NCBI GenBank assembly: GCA_030615625.1
Contig: JAUWYX010000004.1
Span: 76,708 to 140,707, forward strand
DNA from: Dehalococcoidia bacterium
GTDB lineage: Bacteria > Chloroflexota > Dehalococcoidia > GIF9 > AB-539-J10
Direction of reading: 5' to 3'
DNA: 64,000 nt
The notes beneath the pieces are model-generated. The model ran no database searches. It was not told the DNA's origin and saw only the letters and a list, made by a program, of their open reading frames with translations. Numbering within the stretch: position 1 is the first letter of the stretch; every line of letters starts with the position of its first letter. This document shows positions 1 to 10,748 of the stretch, in pieces. A program made the position numbers and the translations under genes.

Positions 1-36
1 TAACGAACCCTGGGAATTGGCTGTTATCAATCCTAA

Positions 37-264
37 TTACAATATTTCCAGTCTGACTCTGGTATCCTCTTTAGCTGCTTTTACTCGAAGTAGCGTTCGT
101 AGTGCTTGAGCTACGCGACCTTGCCTGCCGATAACCCTTCCCTTGTCATCGTCAGCAACCTCTAATTTAAATAGCAAGCCTTCATCACTATTTTCCTCGG
201 TGATCTTTACCGCGTCAGGTTCTGCCACAATGGCTTTAATAATGTATTCCAGCAGGTCTTTCAT
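37..264 (-). CDS. KH-domain RNA-binding protein (UPF0109/YlqC-like)
   Basis: 75-aa ORF with a KH GxxG-type motif (VIGRQGR). Lies directly downstream of rpsP, as in the conserved rpsP-KH-rimM cluster. Confidence 0.8.
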   Translation of the reverse strand: MKDLLEYIIKAIVAEPDAVKITEENSDEGLLFKLEVADDDKGRVIGRQGRVAQALRTLLRVKAAKEDTRVRLEIL

Positions 265-280
265 TTCGCCTCCTTAACAG

Positions 281-550
281 TTAGTTTTGGCCTGAGGTCG
301 GCTTAACTTTATCCATGATGCCTAGTTTACCGAGCAAGCTGCGCACCGTATCTGTAGGCTGAGCTCCATATCTAAGCCACTTTAAAGCTTTTTCTCCATC
401 GATGCTGACAGTTGCGGGGTCAGTCAAAGGATTGTAATGGCCGATAATATCAATGAATTTACCATCACGGGGAGAGCGACTATCGGCTACTACCACTCGG
501 TAGAATGGTTTGTTTCTCCTTCCCATACGGCGTAATCTGATTTTAACCAT
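281..550 (-). CDS. rpsP: 30S ribosomal protein S16
   Basis: 89-aa ORF beginning [25 protein letters not shown], the typical bS16 N-terminus. Confidence 0.9.
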   Translation of the reverse strand: MVKIRLRRMGRRNKPFYRVVVADSRSPRDGKFIDIIGHYNPLTDPATVSIDGEKALKWLRYGAQPTDTVRSLLGKLGIMDKVKPTSGQN

Positions 551-667
551 TTTAATAAGGTGATTATCTCTTAAGTGTCAATGTTTGTCAATGGCTTCTG
601 GCTTAGAGGGCATATTTTGATAATCTGGCGGCACAGAAATAAGAAAATTATATAGTGGTCGGGCAGT

Positions 668-1162
668 TCAGGCAACGATTTTGGGAGAGAATACATATAC
701 GGTTGTTGTTTTGAACTTCCTCCTTAGTAAGGCTAGTTGTGGTTTATATATCCTAATCCTTCTTTCCTCGCAAGTGACCGGCATATTAAGCGCTTTTGAT
801 ATGAGTTTCTCCTCTAGTTTCCCTTCACATATTATGGCGGCTTCAGCTTGATTTGCTCCTAGCTCTATAAGCATGGGCAATAGCAATGCTTTTTGCTCAT
901 CAATATCTATCATGCTTGCCAGATACTCAAGTTCACTCTTTTTAAAAAAATGAGTGCTGCCATCGTTACATACAACATGGGGATATTTCTCGTTTAATAA
1001 ATAAAAGAGTTTATTTTCTTTGCTCTGCCGTTTTTGACTCTGTGGTAACCCAGTATTCACTATCCTGAGCTCGCTTCTTAAGCAATCCTGAAGTATCTTT
1101 TCATAGGGAGATTGCTTTGCTTCATCTTGTAATGGATTAGGCATTTGTTTATCCTTGAGCAA
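668..1162 (-). CDS. hypothetical protein
   Basis: 164-aa ORF between rpsP and the ATPase operon with no recognisable motif. Overlaps the end of the subunit D gene by 14 nt. Confidence 0.4.
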   Translation of the reverse strand: MLKDKQMPNPLQDEAKQSPYEKILQDCLRSELRIVNTGLPQSQKRQSKENKLFYLLNEKYPHVVCNDGSTHFFKKSELEYLASMIDIDEQKALLLPMLIELGANQAEAAIICEGKLEEKLISKALNMPVTCEERRIRIYKPQLALLRRKFKTTTVYVFSPKIVA

Positions 1163-1784
1163 CCAGGACTTTCACACGTTTCAGCCGTACTTTCTCCTCT
1201 CTATCTCTTTCCTCAAACTTCATATTTAAGTAATTTATCGTCACCTGTAGTCCTGGGATTACTATATATTCTAGAGCATTGGTTATCCTTTTTGTCCTAT
1301 GTATTTCCATTGCCAGTAATTCAAAATTCCTCTGAAGCTCAGCTAATTCTACAATAGCTCTAAGAGATTCTTCAGATAGCTGGGCTGCACGGTCCAACCA
1401 CGAGGAGGTATCAACCAGATTATACCCTTTCATCCCGACTTTGTCGGGATTGCCCATGAGCTCAAAAGACGGAATTCGCACACCTGCGATGTTTCTTGAG
1501 CCAGCGGTGATTTTTAGGTCAGCCTCAGTGGCTATTAGTTCCTTTTCCAGCGCTATGTACCCATGATACCCAGCGGCAACTGATAGTGCCTTATAAAGTT
1601 TAGAGAATTCATCAAGTAGGTTTCTTTTAGCTTCTGCTGTATCCCTCGCTGTCTGTAGGAATTCCATAGTTAGTATGGAAAGCCTGTCCTTTATTATCTT
1701 TTGTACTCTTTGGGACAAGGAAAGCCGGCGTTTTAGTTTTACCAGCTCGATTTTTGTAGGTCTAACTTTAATTAATTCCGGCAT
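1149..1784 (-). CDS. atpD: V/A-type ATP synthase subunit D
   Basis: 211-aa coiled-coil protein starting MPELIKVRPTKIELVKLKRRL. It is the last gene of the operon, after subunit B. Confidence 0.85.
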   Translation of the reverse strand: MPELIKVRPTKIELVKLKRRLSLSQRVQKIIKDRLSILTMEFLQTARDTAEAKRNLLDEFSKLYKALSVAAGYHGYIALEKELIATEADLKITAGSRNIAGVRIPSFELMGNPDKVGMKGYNLVDTSSWLDRAAQLSEESLRAIVELAELQRNFELLAMEIHRTKRITNALEYIVIPGLQVTINYLNMKFEERDREEKVRLKRVKVLVAQG

Positions 1785-1801
1785 TTTCCCGGCACCTGCT
1801 T

Positions 1802-3199
1802 CTACTTCCGGTACTTGGGAAGGTACTTTTTGATGAACTCTTCTTTAATTAGTTTCAAGTCTTCTTCAGGCAGTGTTGAAAATAGCTCCCAAGCTATATC
1901 CAGAGTGTCTTCTACCGTTCTTTTCTCCCACTCACCTTGAGATATGAATTTTCTCTCGAACTCATCTGCGTTGGTCAAATATATTTTATCCCTTTCACCC
2001 AATGCCTCAGCACCTATAATGGTGGATATCTCCCTGAGATAACATCCTTCAGCATAAGCAGCGTAGGATTGCATAAAGACATTGTTGTGGTCCTCCCTGG
2101 TCTTGCTTGGCCCAATCCCCTCTTTCATCATTCGCGAAAGGGATAAGAATACATCTATCGGTGGGTATACCCCTTTTCTTTCTAGATTTCGGGAAAGGAC
2201 AATCTGACCCTCAGTTATATAGCCGGTAAGATCGGGTATAGGATGTGTTATATCATCGTCAGGCATTGTCAAAATGGGCATTATAGTTACTGAGCCTTCT
2301 TTACCAAGAATCCGGCCTGCTCTCTCATACATCGTGGCCAGGTCAGTGTACATATACCCGGGATATCCCCTTCTTGATGGTATCTCTTCACGCATGGAAG
2401 AAAGTTCGCGAAGAGCTTCGCAATAATTGGTCATGTCGGTGAGTATGACTAGTACATGCATATTCTGTTTCCATGCCAGATATTCGGCTGCGGTTAAAGC
2501 TAGTTTTGGTGTTGATATTCGCTCGATAACAGGGTCTGACGCGGTATTGATGAAGGCCACAGTTCTCTCCAGCGCACCTGTCCTCTCGAGATTCCTCATG
2601 AAGAAGGAGGCATCATCGTAGCTGATACCAATAGCAGCAAATACTAGAGCGAATCTTTCCTCCTTGCCTTTTACGGTTGCCTGTCTGATTATCTGAGCTA
2701 CAATTCGGTTATGAGGCAGGCCTGAGCCGCTAAATATGGGCAATTTCTGCCCTCTAACTAATGCGTTTAAGCCATCTATCGCCGAAATTCCCGTTTCAAT
2801 AAACTCTGCTGGAGGCTGGCGGAGTGCGGGGTTTATGGGCTCACCGTTAATATCCAGGTAATCTTCGGGAATCACCCGCGAACCTCCATCTATTGGTTCT
2901 CCCATCCCATTGAAGATTCTCCCTGAAATGTCAATAGATACTGGCAACTTTAAAGTTTCGCCTTTACACCTTATCTTGCTTCCGATAAGGTCTACTTCGC
3001 TGACGCCACCAAATACCTCGATTATAGCTGCTTCTTCACTGATGTCTATTGCTTGACCACTTTTCACCTCGCCATTCCCAAGTTGAATATCAACCATCTC
3101 ATTAAATTTTATACCAGGTATGCTTTCAGCTATGAGCAAAGACCCCTTAGCCTTACTAATTGCTCTTCCTTCTTTAACGTAAAGTGAGGAGAAATCCAT
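1802..3199 (-). CDS. atpB: V/A-type ATP synthase subunit B
   Basis: 465 aa with a non-catalytic nucleotide-binding fold ([21 protein letters not shown]). Paralogous to the adjacent A subunit. Confidence 0.9.
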   Translation of the reverse strand: MDFSSLYVKEGRAISKAKGSLLIAESIPGIKFNEMVDIQLGNGEVKSGQAIDISEEAAIIEVFGGVSEVDLIGSKIRCKGETLKLPVSIDISGRIFNGMGEPIDGGSRVIPEDYLDINGEPINPALRQPPAEFIETGISAIDGLNALVRGQKLPIFSGSGLPHNRIVAQIIRQATVKGKEERFALVFAAIGISYDDASFFMRNLERTGALERTVAFINTASDPVIERISTPKLALTAAEYLAWKQNMHVLVILTDMTNYCEALRELSSMREEIPSRRGYPGYMYTDLATMYERAGRILGKEGSVTIMPILTMPDDDITHPIPDLTGYITEGQIVLSRNLERKGVYPPIDVFLSLSRMMKEGIGPSKTREDHNNVFMQSYAAYAEGCYLREISTIIGAEALGERDKIYLTNADEFERKFISQGEWEKRTVEDTLDIAWELFSTLPEEDLKLIKEEFIKKYLPKYRK

Positions 3200-3215
3200 A
3201 AAAGCCCTCCTTTTC

Positions 3216-4967
3216 TCAGGGAACGCGTTTGCCAGTTACCAGGCTTTGGTCCATCTCCGACCACAATTCCTTGACTCTCTGTTCAAAGGCCTCATTTGGT
3301 ATATCCTTCATCCTGGATATTCTGTATACCATTGGCGATGAACGGATGCTCTCAATGCCTGCCCCCGAATTTAACATCTCCTGAGCTAGTTCATAAAACT
3401 TCATTATAGTTTTAAGCATGAGGCCGGCTTTTGCTGGCATACAGTAGGTATCGACTTCGTGATAGGCGCTTTGCTGGAGAAAGTCCTCGCGTATCATCCT
3501 GGCGGTAAGAAGTAATAATTTGTCTCCTTCAGGTAATGCTTCGGGACCGACAAGTCTCACGATTTCCTCCAGTTCAGCCTCCTGCTGCAATACTCTCAAG
3601 GCACTAGCTCTGGTATCCTCCCATCCCGGGTCGTATTCATTCCACCAGTCTTTAACTGCGTCTACATAAAGGCTATAGCTAGTGAGCCAGTTTATGCTAG
3701 GGAAATGTCTCTTGTTTGCCAGCGAAACATCTAAGGCATACAAGGCATCTATTATTCTAAGTGTGTTTTGGGTTACCGGTTCGCTGAAGTCAGCTCCTGG
3801 GGGACTCACAGCACCGGCTACTGTTACTGAGCCCTTTCTTTCAGGATTGCCTAAGCATTCAACCATTCCTGCTCTTTCATAAAAAGAGGAAAGCCGAGAG
3901 CCCATATATGAAGGAAAGCCTTCCTCCCCTGGCATTTCTTCCAGTCTTCCACTCATCTCCCTCATGGCTTCAGCCCATCTCGAAGTTGAATCAGCAACCA
4001 CCAAAATATCGTAACCCATGTCCCGGAAGTACTCGGCCATAGTAATACCAACAAAAATGCTTGCTTCCCTAGCCACAACGGGCATGTTAGAAGTGTTAGC
4101 TATAAAGATCTCTTTCTCTTGTAACAATATTCCTGTGTTAGGGTCCTTGAGTTCTCTAAAGCTAGTAAGCACATCAGACATCTCGTTACCCCTTTCGCCG
4201 CAGCCAACGTAGATGTTCAGATGTGTCTGAGCCCATCTGGCCAGCTGCTGCAGGGCAACGGTCTTCCCAGTACCAAAGCCCCCGGGTATCGAAGCCTTGC
4301 CACCAAGAGCTAAAGGGAACATGTAATCCAAAATTCGCATGCCAGTAGTGAGCAAGCCTGAAGGATCGAACCTCTGCTTATAGGGTCTGGGCTTTCTTAC
4401 TGGCCACTCTTGCATCAGCGTGAGTTCCTTTACTTCATTACCATTCTCTATCCAAGTTACAGGCTCTTCGACAGTGTAGTCGCCTTGGCGTATCTCTTTT
4501 ATCGTGCCTTTGATTCCCAACGGCACCATTATCCTGTGTTCTATTAGATTGGTCTCGGGCACTACACCTATTATATCCCCTTGACTAACAGCATCCCCGA
4601 CCTTGACTTTAGGTGTGAACTGCCATTTTTTGTCGCGGGGAAGAGCTGAGGCTTTGGCACCCCGTTTTATAAACGGGCCAATATTCTCACCCAGGGTAAG
4701 TAAAGATTTTTGTAGCCCATCGTAAATAGAGCCTACAAGTCCGGGGCCCAGCTCTGCACTTAAGATTCTTCCTGTTCCTCTTACCACCTCGCCAACTTTC
4801 AATCCAAGAGTATCCTCGTGTGCTTGAATTATCGCCTTGTTCCCTTCCAGTCCTACTATCTCCCCGACAAGCCCTTCTTCACCTATCTCAACAACTTCGT
4901 AAACCTGTGAACCTTTCATGTCATCGGCGATAACTAGGGGACCTGAAACTCTCCATATTTTGCCCAT
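3216..4967 (-). CDS. atpA: V/A-type ATP synthase catalytic subunit A
   Basis: 583 aa with a Walker A motif (GGFGTGKTV) and the V-type A-subunit N-terminal insertion. Confidence 0.9.
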   Translation of the reverse strand: MGKIWRVSGPLVIADDMKGSQVYEVVEIGEEGLVGEIVGLEGNKAIIQAHEDTLGLKVGEVVRGTGRILSAELGPGLVGSIYDGLQKSLLTLGENIGPFIKRGAKASALPRDKKWQFTPKVKVGDAVSQGDIIGVVPETNLIEHRIMVPLGIKGTIKEIRQGDYTVEEPVTWIENGNEVKELTLMQEWPVRKPRPYKQRFDPSGLLTTGMRILDYMFPLALGGKASIPGGFGTGKTVALQQLARWAQTHLNIYVGCGERGNEMSDVLTSFRELKDPNTGILLQEKEIFIANTSNMPVVAREASIFVGITMAEYFRDMGYDILVVADSTSRWAEAMREMSGRLEEMPGEEGFPSYMGSRLSSFYERAGMVECLGNPERKGSVTVAGAVSPPGADFSEPVTQNTLRIIDALYALDVSLANKRHFPSINWLTSYSLYVDAVKDWWNEYDPGWEDTRASALRVLQQEAELEEIVRLVGPEALPEGDKLLLLTARMIREDFLQQSAYHEVDTYCMPAKAGLMLKTIMKFYELAQEMLNSGAGIESIRSSPMVYRISRMKDIPNEAFEQRVKELWSEMDQSLVTGKRVP

Positions 4968-4996
4968 GTCTTTATCCTCCTACTCTTGCCATAATC

Positions 4997-5350
4997 TCAA
5001 ATTTCCACTTCAAACCCTATAGATTCTCTGATAAGCGCCCTGTAATATTCCCTAATATCCGGGTACTTTGTGCCAAACTTCGATGGAACCTCGACAATTA
5101 CAGGAGTTATTCCTCTCCCTTTTCTAACTTGGGTCACCAGGTCTTCAACATATTGAGCATAGTCTTCCAGCATCACTACAATACCAACATCAGGTTCGGC
5201 TAGCAATTCGGTTAGAGCTTTCCTCACATTTTCAGGAACATCGTGATCGCCCTTTATCATGTAATTCTTACTGATACCGGCCAATCTCAGTGCGTTGACC
5301 AGTTCTTCGTCTCCTATGACAGTTATATCCAGGTGTTTGATAGGCATCAT
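4997..5350 (-). CDS. atpF: V/A-type ATP synthase subunit F
   Basis: 117-aa ORF lying between the C and A subunit genes. Confidence 0.75.
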   Translation of the reverse strand: MMPIKHLDITVIGDEELVNALRLAGISKNYMIKGDHDVPENVRKALTELLAEPDVGIVVMLEDYAQYVEDLVTQVRKGRGITPVIVEVPSKFGTKYPDIREYYRALIRESIGFEVEI

Positions 5351-5351
5351 A

Positions 5352-6386
5352 TCACAGCACCAAATAATTCTTTATTTCCTGAACGGGAACACCATCGATT
5401 ATTGCTTTGAGAACTAGCCGCAAGTTCCGTATTTCAACCTCTTTAAGGATTAAATACCAGGCCATCACCAGTGGGGATAGCACTCTTGGTGACAAAATTT
5501 CCTTGAGCATTCTGAACTTATGCTTATCGATAATTTCATCTACAGCCGTGATGCTTTTGGTTTTATCATAATTAGTGGATACTTCATTTGCTATATCCTG
5601 ATATTGGGTATCCTCCAGCCTGGCAGGTATGTCGGTCATTTTAAGGGGTAGTAATTCTTTAATGGCTTTGTCTGTAATCCTATAGCCGCCGGCAATAATA
5701 AATTCAGCAGCATCGGGTCCTATGCCTTCAATTATAGCTCTCAAGGCAATTTGCAGGTTTGTTAGGTCTATCACTAAGCCGAAGGCTTGGGTAAGTACAG
5801 AGCCATCTTTTATTCTTCTTGCCATGTTTAACATGCTTTTATAATACTTACCGTCTAAGTTAGCCTCAACAATGAGCTTCGACTTTGCGCTTTTATCTAT
5901 TTTGTATTGTTCCAGGGCAGGTACGTAATCTCCCAGTTTGCACTTGATGAGTAGCTGGATGATGTCATCTACATTCTCAGCGTTGGAAAGTTCATCTAGC
6001 AATGCATTATTATGGATAATCCCGACCGGTATCATACTGGGTTTTTTACCACCTGAGATGCCTTGTAAAGCAGCTTTAATATTTGAGACATCGTACTTCA
6101 CCACATATGCTCTGGATACCTCCGGTATCTCTTTGGGCAGAAACTTAAATGATTCTACATATCTGATGCGCTGCGCGAGATAACCCCACAAGCATTCATC
6201 TAGATAATCAAAAGTCTTAACAGGCAATTCCTCCAGATAGCTTCCTATATCGGTCTCTCTGATGGTTGCCAGCGCATCCTGGAGGTTGGGCGCTGTCATC
6301 ATTTTATCTATATGTTCGGAGGTGACAGTTTTAGGTTCCTCGCCCTTCAAACAAGCAGATATAAATGCGTATCTTGGATTAAGCAC
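5352..6386 (-). CDS. atpC: V/A-type ATP synthase subunit C (d)
   Basis: 344 aa. Assigned by its size and its position between E and F in the conserved operon order. Confidence 0.7.
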   Translation of the reverse strand: MLNPRYAFISACLKGEEPKTVTSEHIDKMMTAPNLQDALATIRETDIGSYLEELPVKTFDYLDECLWGYLAQRIRYVESFKFLPKEIPEVSRAYVVKYDVSNIKAALQGISGGKKPSMIPVGIIHNNALLDELSNAENVDDIIQLLIKCKLGDYVPALEQYKIDKSAKSKLIVEANLDGKYYKSMLNMARRIKDGSVLTQAFGLVIDLTNLQIALRAIIEGIGPDAAEFIIAGGYRITDKAIKELLPLKMTDIPARLEDTQYQDIANEVSTNYDKTKSITAVDEIIDKHKFRMLKEILSPRVLSPLVMAWYLILKEVEIRNLRLVLKAIIDGVPVQEIKNYLVL

Positions 6387-6395
6387 GACGTTCTC

Positions 6396-6977
6396 TTACG
6401 GAGCTTCAAAGAGTTCCTTACTTATCTTGGGCAGCAACTTTGGTAGCAACATCTCGAGTCTGGTTTCATAAGTGTTATCTATCCTGAGCTTTCCCTCAAC
6501 ATTCTCGGCTATGACCCCTCCCAGGCAATTGGATTCCCTGACCTCCAATATCTTGCCGGATAATTCCTTATCCGCTTCAAGAAACTTTTTTACAGTGCTT
6601 ACATCTTTTGGAGAAACGTAAATTCTGCCTTTGTCCACGCCGAGCCCCTCCATAGCTTCCCTGATCAAGTTTAGAAAATAGCTTTCATCGCTTGAAATTC
6701 GGGACAATTCCTTCCGCGCCCCGTCAATTATTTTGGCGATTGTGTCAGCTTTCGCGCTCGATAGCTGCTGTCGCGCTTTGATAGAGGCCTGAGCCAAAAT
6801 TCTCGCTACCTCCTCCTCTGCCTCTCCTCGCATTCTGCCCCTCTCTTCCTCGAACCTCACTTCTCTCTGCCTTTTGGCTTTCTCTATCTCTTCTTGCGCT
6901 TTCTCCTCAGCCTCTCTTATTATGTTCTGGGCGTCCAGCTTCACTTTGCTGACAACGGCTTCACTTATTTTTTCCAT
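6396..6977 (-). CDS. atpE: V/A-type ATP synthase subunit E
   Basis: 193 aa, charged and coiled-coil at the N-terminus (EKAQEEIEKAKRQ). Position in the operon fits subunit E. Confidence 0.75.
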   Translation of the reverse strand: MEKISEAVVSKVKLDAQNIIREAEEKAQEEIEKAKRQREVRFEEERGRMRGEAEEEVARILAQASIKARQQLSSAKADTIAKIIDGARKELSRISSDESYFLNLIREAMEGLGVDKGRIYVSPKDVSTVKKFLEADKELSGKILEVRESNCLGGVIAENVEGKLRIDNTYETRLEMLLPKLLPKISKELFEAP

Positions 6978-6990
6978 ATCTTACAGATCC

Positions 6991-7470
6991 TTAAAAAAGT
7001 CCTAACATGGCCAATGCCATTATGGCGAATACCAGTCCCAGCACGCCTATTAGCTCGACGAACACGGCTAACATCATGGCGTTAGTCAATATCCGCCCCT
7101 TTGTCTTGGGCAAAAGGGAGATACCCGAAGCGCACACAGAGCCCTGGTACGCTCCCGAGAACGCTTCAGCAGCGCCAGTTATGACACCGATGCCCAATAC
7201 CGCGAAACCCATACCACCACCATCAGGCATGGCACCGAGTGAGGGAATTACCGTTGTTAAAATAAGTATCAGTGTTATGAGGCCATAAAAGGTCTGGGTC
7301 ATCGGTAGCGATGCCAGGAGAATGACATTCCTGAGCTGTCCTGGTTCCTCAGACAGCGTAGCTGCCCCGGCCGAACCGGCGATACCGATGCCTATTGAAG
7401 ACCCTGCCAAGCCTCCGGCTAAGGCTATCGCACCTCCGATGACTGCCAGGGATTCGGGGCTGATTAGCAT
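6991..7470 (-). CDS. atpK: V/A-type ATP synthase proteolipid subunit K (c)
   Basis: 159-aa Gly/Ala-rich protein with four hydrophobic helices, i.e. a duplicated c-subunit hairpin. Confidence 0.85.
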   Translation of the reverse strand: MLISPESLAVIGGAIALAGGLAGSSIGIGIAGSAGAATLSEEPGQLRNVILLASLPMTQTFYGLITLILILTTVIPSLGAMPDGGGMGFAVLGIGVITGAAEAFSGAYQGSVCASGISLLPKTKGRILTNAMMLAVFVELIGVLGLVFAIMALAMLGLF

Positions 7471-7507
7471 CTTACACCTCCGTTAATTAAATATTTTTTA
7501 ACTGCGT

Positions 7508-9517
7508 TCACACTTTGACAAATGCAGGTCGAGCCTTCAATCGAAACGGGCTGTATGCCCTGCCGCCTCCTTCATAGAACTTGAACAAGAACTCCACAAA
7601 ACATAGCCTGAGGGAGTGTACAAAGCATGTTATGCCGCTAAGAGCCAAGTTAAGCACATGTCCAACAAGCAAAACTAATATAAATATTAAGGTGCCAACT
7701 ACAGCCTGGACTATTCCAACAGGCATCATGTCAGATAATAACTTTGCCATCAGGTTAAAGCAGTATGCCAGGTAATATGTGGCCAGCCCCACACCTGCCA
7801 GCCTGGCATATGACATAACATCGCCCAGTAGCCCGGTCACATCAAATATCCAGAAAATACCACCCAGGAAAGCACCCTTCTCCATCAAGGATGAGACGAC
7901 AATTAATACTACGCCCAGAATCGCAACGTATAACAGGATAGAATATATTTGTCCAGTTAACAATGGAATATCTATGCCAAGTATGGCATGCATAATCCAG
8001 GGTATGGCACCAATTTGAAGCATAAATAGCCCAGCTTTGTTGAGCATTACCGCTTTCTGCCTCTCTTTTATCCCTCTAATAAGTCCAAGCACATGGGCTA
8101 TGTTTATGTGAACCAGACCTATTATTAATGAGGCAGCTATGAATTTCATGGGGTCTAAATATATTGCCTGAATTGTTTTGGAGAGTGCTAAGCTCTCGAT
8201 TCCAAAGAACTCGTAGAAATTGCCCAAATAGCTTCCCGTAAGCACGCCAATAACCAGAGCAACACCACCACTTGTGTAAATTATCCTTTGGAATAGCTTA
8301 AAACCTTCAGATTCAGGGTCATCAACGAGAAGTCGCAGGCCACGGTTTGCAAATAGCATGAGGAGGGCAGCGTACACTACGTCCCCCAGCATGATGCCAA
8401 AAAAAATGGCAAAGGAGTATGCTATTACCGGAGTGGGGTCCCATTCCTTATACTTTGGGGTGCCAAACAAGTTCACAATGACTTCGAACGGCTTAACCGC
8501 AGTTGCATTCCTCATCTTGGTGGGCGGCTCCTCTGCTTGCTCTGGCTTCCTTGTGTCAATGAACACGTAGCCTATGTTCTCCCTGAGCTCAGAAATTGTA
8601 GCTTCGACATTACTTTCTGGAATCCAGCCCTCGATTAATGTGACGTATTTTGCCTCACAGGCTTTGGCTAAAACTGCTAACCTTTCTGTTTCGGCTGATA
8701 ATGCCTCCCTGAAAAGGACGAGCTTTTCTAGATTCTCCCTGGTTTTACTTTCAATCTCGGTATGAAGCCTTGCCAGTTCTTCTTCAAGACTGTGAATATT
8801 ACCGTCGGCTACTTCAAGAAATTCTCTTAGTGTCAATTTTTTTTCTGGTATGTGCAGAATCTTGGCCCCATCATCCTTGACTGTGGACTCTATAGTTTCC
8901 TGATTTTCCACTTTGGCAATGGCATACAAGACAGTCTCGTGTTCTATTGTACCCGAAAGGCTCTCAAGTATGTAGTCTCTAAGTTTAGGGTATGAAGTTT
9001 CAAATAACTCGTTTGGAAACACAAAGACCCGGGAGAAAAGATAACTTCCAGAAAAATTTAAATCTTGTAATCTAATATCGGCCTGCCGCTCCAGAGAGCC
9101 AAGGTACTTGGTTAGTTCTGTTAGCTCCTTAACATCCTTGTTGAGTTTGGTAGCTCTTTGATGCACGTTGCTGAGCTTGGTACATAGCAACCTTACTTCG
9201 CTGTCAACTTCGTCAAACGGCCTGGTATATATAACTTCCACATCCTCTCTCAGCGATACTCTTTCCCCTTTTGGCATGTAAGCTAATATGTCGTTAATGC
9301 TTGTTAATAATTCACCGATTTTCCTTCGTTCCCGTTCAACGGCTTCTTTGTCTACGGGCTTCAGCTCTTCGCTTTCTTCGACATGAAGCACACCAACGGT
9401 ATGCAGAGCTTTGAGGGTCTTGGTGGAGTAATCCTTGGTAGTCACTACCCGGACTTTAGCCATAGGGTCAGATGTATTGACGATTAAGGGTATCATGTTA
9501 ACTTCTGCCCGTGACAA
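7508..9517 (-). CDS. atpI: V/A-type ATP synthase subunit I (a)
   Basis: 669 aa with a soluble coiled-coil N-terminal half and a polytopic membrane C-terminal half. Confidence 0.85.
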   Translation of the reverse strand: MSRAEVNMIPLIVNTSDPMAKVRVVTTKDYSTKTLKALHTVGVLHVEESEELKPVDKEAVERERRKIGELLTSINDILAYMPKGERVSLREDVEVIYTRPFDEVDSEVRLLCTKLSNVHQRATKLNKDVKELTELTKYLGSLERQADIRLQDLNFSGSYLFSRVFVFPNELFETSYPKLRDYILESLSGTIEHETVLYAIAKVENQETIESTVKDDGAKILHIPEKKLTLREFLEVADGNIHSLEEELARLHTEIESKTRENLEKLVLFREALSAETERLAVLAKACEAKYVTLIEGWIPESNVEATISELRENIGYVFIDTRKPEQAEEPPTKMRNATAVKPFEVIVNLFGTPKYKEWDPTPVIAYSFAIFFGIMLGDVVYAALLMLFANRGLRLLVDDPESEGFKLFQRIIYTSGGVALVIGVLTGSYLGNFYEFFGIESLALSKTIQAIYLDPMKFIAASLIIGLVHINIAHVLGLIRGIKERQKAVMLNKAGLFMLQIGAIPWIMHAILGIDIPLLTGQIYSILLYVAILGVVLIVVSSLMEKGAFLGGIFWIFDVTGLLGDVMSYARLAGVGLATYYLAYCFNLMAKLLSDMMPVGIVQAVVGTLIFILVLLVGHVLNLALSGITCFVHSLRLCFVEFLFKFYEGGGRAYSPFRLKARPAFVKV

Positions 9518-9809
9518 TATTCACCACGAGTTCCGTAATCTCTTTTACTTTTTTATCAGCATTGATGCCGATTTCAGCAGCTTTCTTCTCAGAGTCCTTG
9601 ATTTTTTCATCGGCTTCTGCCCTAGCCTTACTCACAATCTTGTCACACTCGGTTTTTATCTCATCGAGGGGCAACTGAGAGGAAACTATTTTCTTAGCCT
9701 CTTCTCTGGCTTCGAGGAGAATTTCGTTGACTCTGGTCCTCGCCTCTTCGAGTATCTTTTGGGCTTCGACCTCGATGGCTTCTACACTATTGGTGATTTC
9801 TTTGGCCAT
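9498..9809 (-). CDS. V/A-type ATP synthase stator subunit G/H
   Basis: 103-aa coiled-coil protein at the head of the operon. Overlaps the atpI start by 20 nt. Confidence 0.6.
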   Translation of the reverse strand: MAKEITNSVEAIEVEAQKILEEARTRVNEILLEAREEAKKIVSSQLPLDEIKTECDKIVSKARAEADEKIKDSEKKAAEIGINADKKVKEITELVVNIVTGRS

Positions 9810-10034
9810 AACACGTCCTCTTGATAGTTCCCTAGGCTGGTACTAGACAGCGTTTGCACGTAGACTGTTTCCGCAATCGGGTGGATAATCATTTCAGTAA
9901 CTAATAATTGGTTATTGATTATAGCAAAGTAGTTCACTTTCGCCAAGTTGATACCCCGGGTAAGAATCCACGCTCCTTACATATCAGTAACTTCAAAGTT
10001 TGTTATTAAAGTGGAATGCTTTATAATTCAAGAT

Positions 10035-10736
10035 ATGAGAGTGCACACATTACATGAGTGGGAGGTGAGCATTGCCCGAGCGAGGGAAATACAATTGAGC
10101 CTGGCGAAGAGGGTGGTAACTGAAAGCGAAGTTACCAACCCATGCCTTGTTGTCGGTATTGACATATCTTCTCCTGATGCTCAAGGCGTAGCAAGAGGAG
10201 CAGTGGTAGTTCTCCGTTACCCCGAGTTTAGTATAGTCGAGGTAAAGGTAGCTGAAGGTAAGATTACATTTCCCTATATTCCTGGCCTATTGTCTTTTCG
10301 GGAAAGTCCCTTGATTCTGGCTGCTTGTGAAAAACTATGTAATGTTCCCGACCTTATTCTGATTGATGGTCAAGGGATTGCTCATCCCAGGAGATTTGGG
10401 CTCGCCTCACATGTGGGACTTTTTCTTGATTTGCCTACTATAGGCTGTGCAAAATCTATCCTTTGTGGCCGGCATCAGCCCCTAGGAGAAGAGGCTGGCT
10501 CTCATGCTGAACTGCTTGATAAGGGGGAGCTTATTGGAGCAGCGTTAAGGACTAAATCTGGAGTGAGGCCAGTATATGTTTCCGTGGGCCATAAAATTGA
10601 CCTGACATCGGCTTTACAATGGGTGATAAAGTGCTGCCGTGGTTATAGACTTCCTGAACCTACCCGCTTGGCTCACCTCGCTGCCGGAGGAATGTTGACC
10701 TCTGAACCAAGCTGCCAAGGAAAATTATTCAATTAA
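10035..10736 (+). CDS. nfi: endonuclease V
   Basis: Carries GIDISS, PGLLSFRE, LILIDGQGIAHPRRFGLASHVG and YRLPEPTRLAHLAAGG. The ORF extends upstream to 9948, but the Met at 10035 matches nfi homologue length. Confidence 0.8.
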   Translation: MRVHTLHEWEVSIARAREIQLSLAKRVVTESEVTNPCLVVGIDISSPDAQGVARGAVVVLRYPEFSIVEVKVAEGKITFPYIPGLLSFRESPLILAACEKLCNVPDLILIDGQGIAHPRRFGLASHVGLFLDLPTIGCAKSILCGRHQPLGEEAGSHAELLDKGELIGAALRTKSGVRPVYVSVGHKIDLTSALQWVIKCCRGYRLPEPTRLAHLAAGGMLTSEPSCQGKLFN

Positions 10737-10748
10737 GGAGTATTTTAG

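Noticed and set aside
1-36. Possible 5' end of rimM on the minus strand
   Set aside because: Only about 10 codons are visible (…ITANSQGSL from a TTG). That is too short to support a call, although the context (rpsP-KH-rimM) makes it plausible.
9435-9824. 129-aa plus-strand ORF
   Set aside because: It is antisense to the atpI start and the atpG/H gene of the ATPase operon, and has no motif support.
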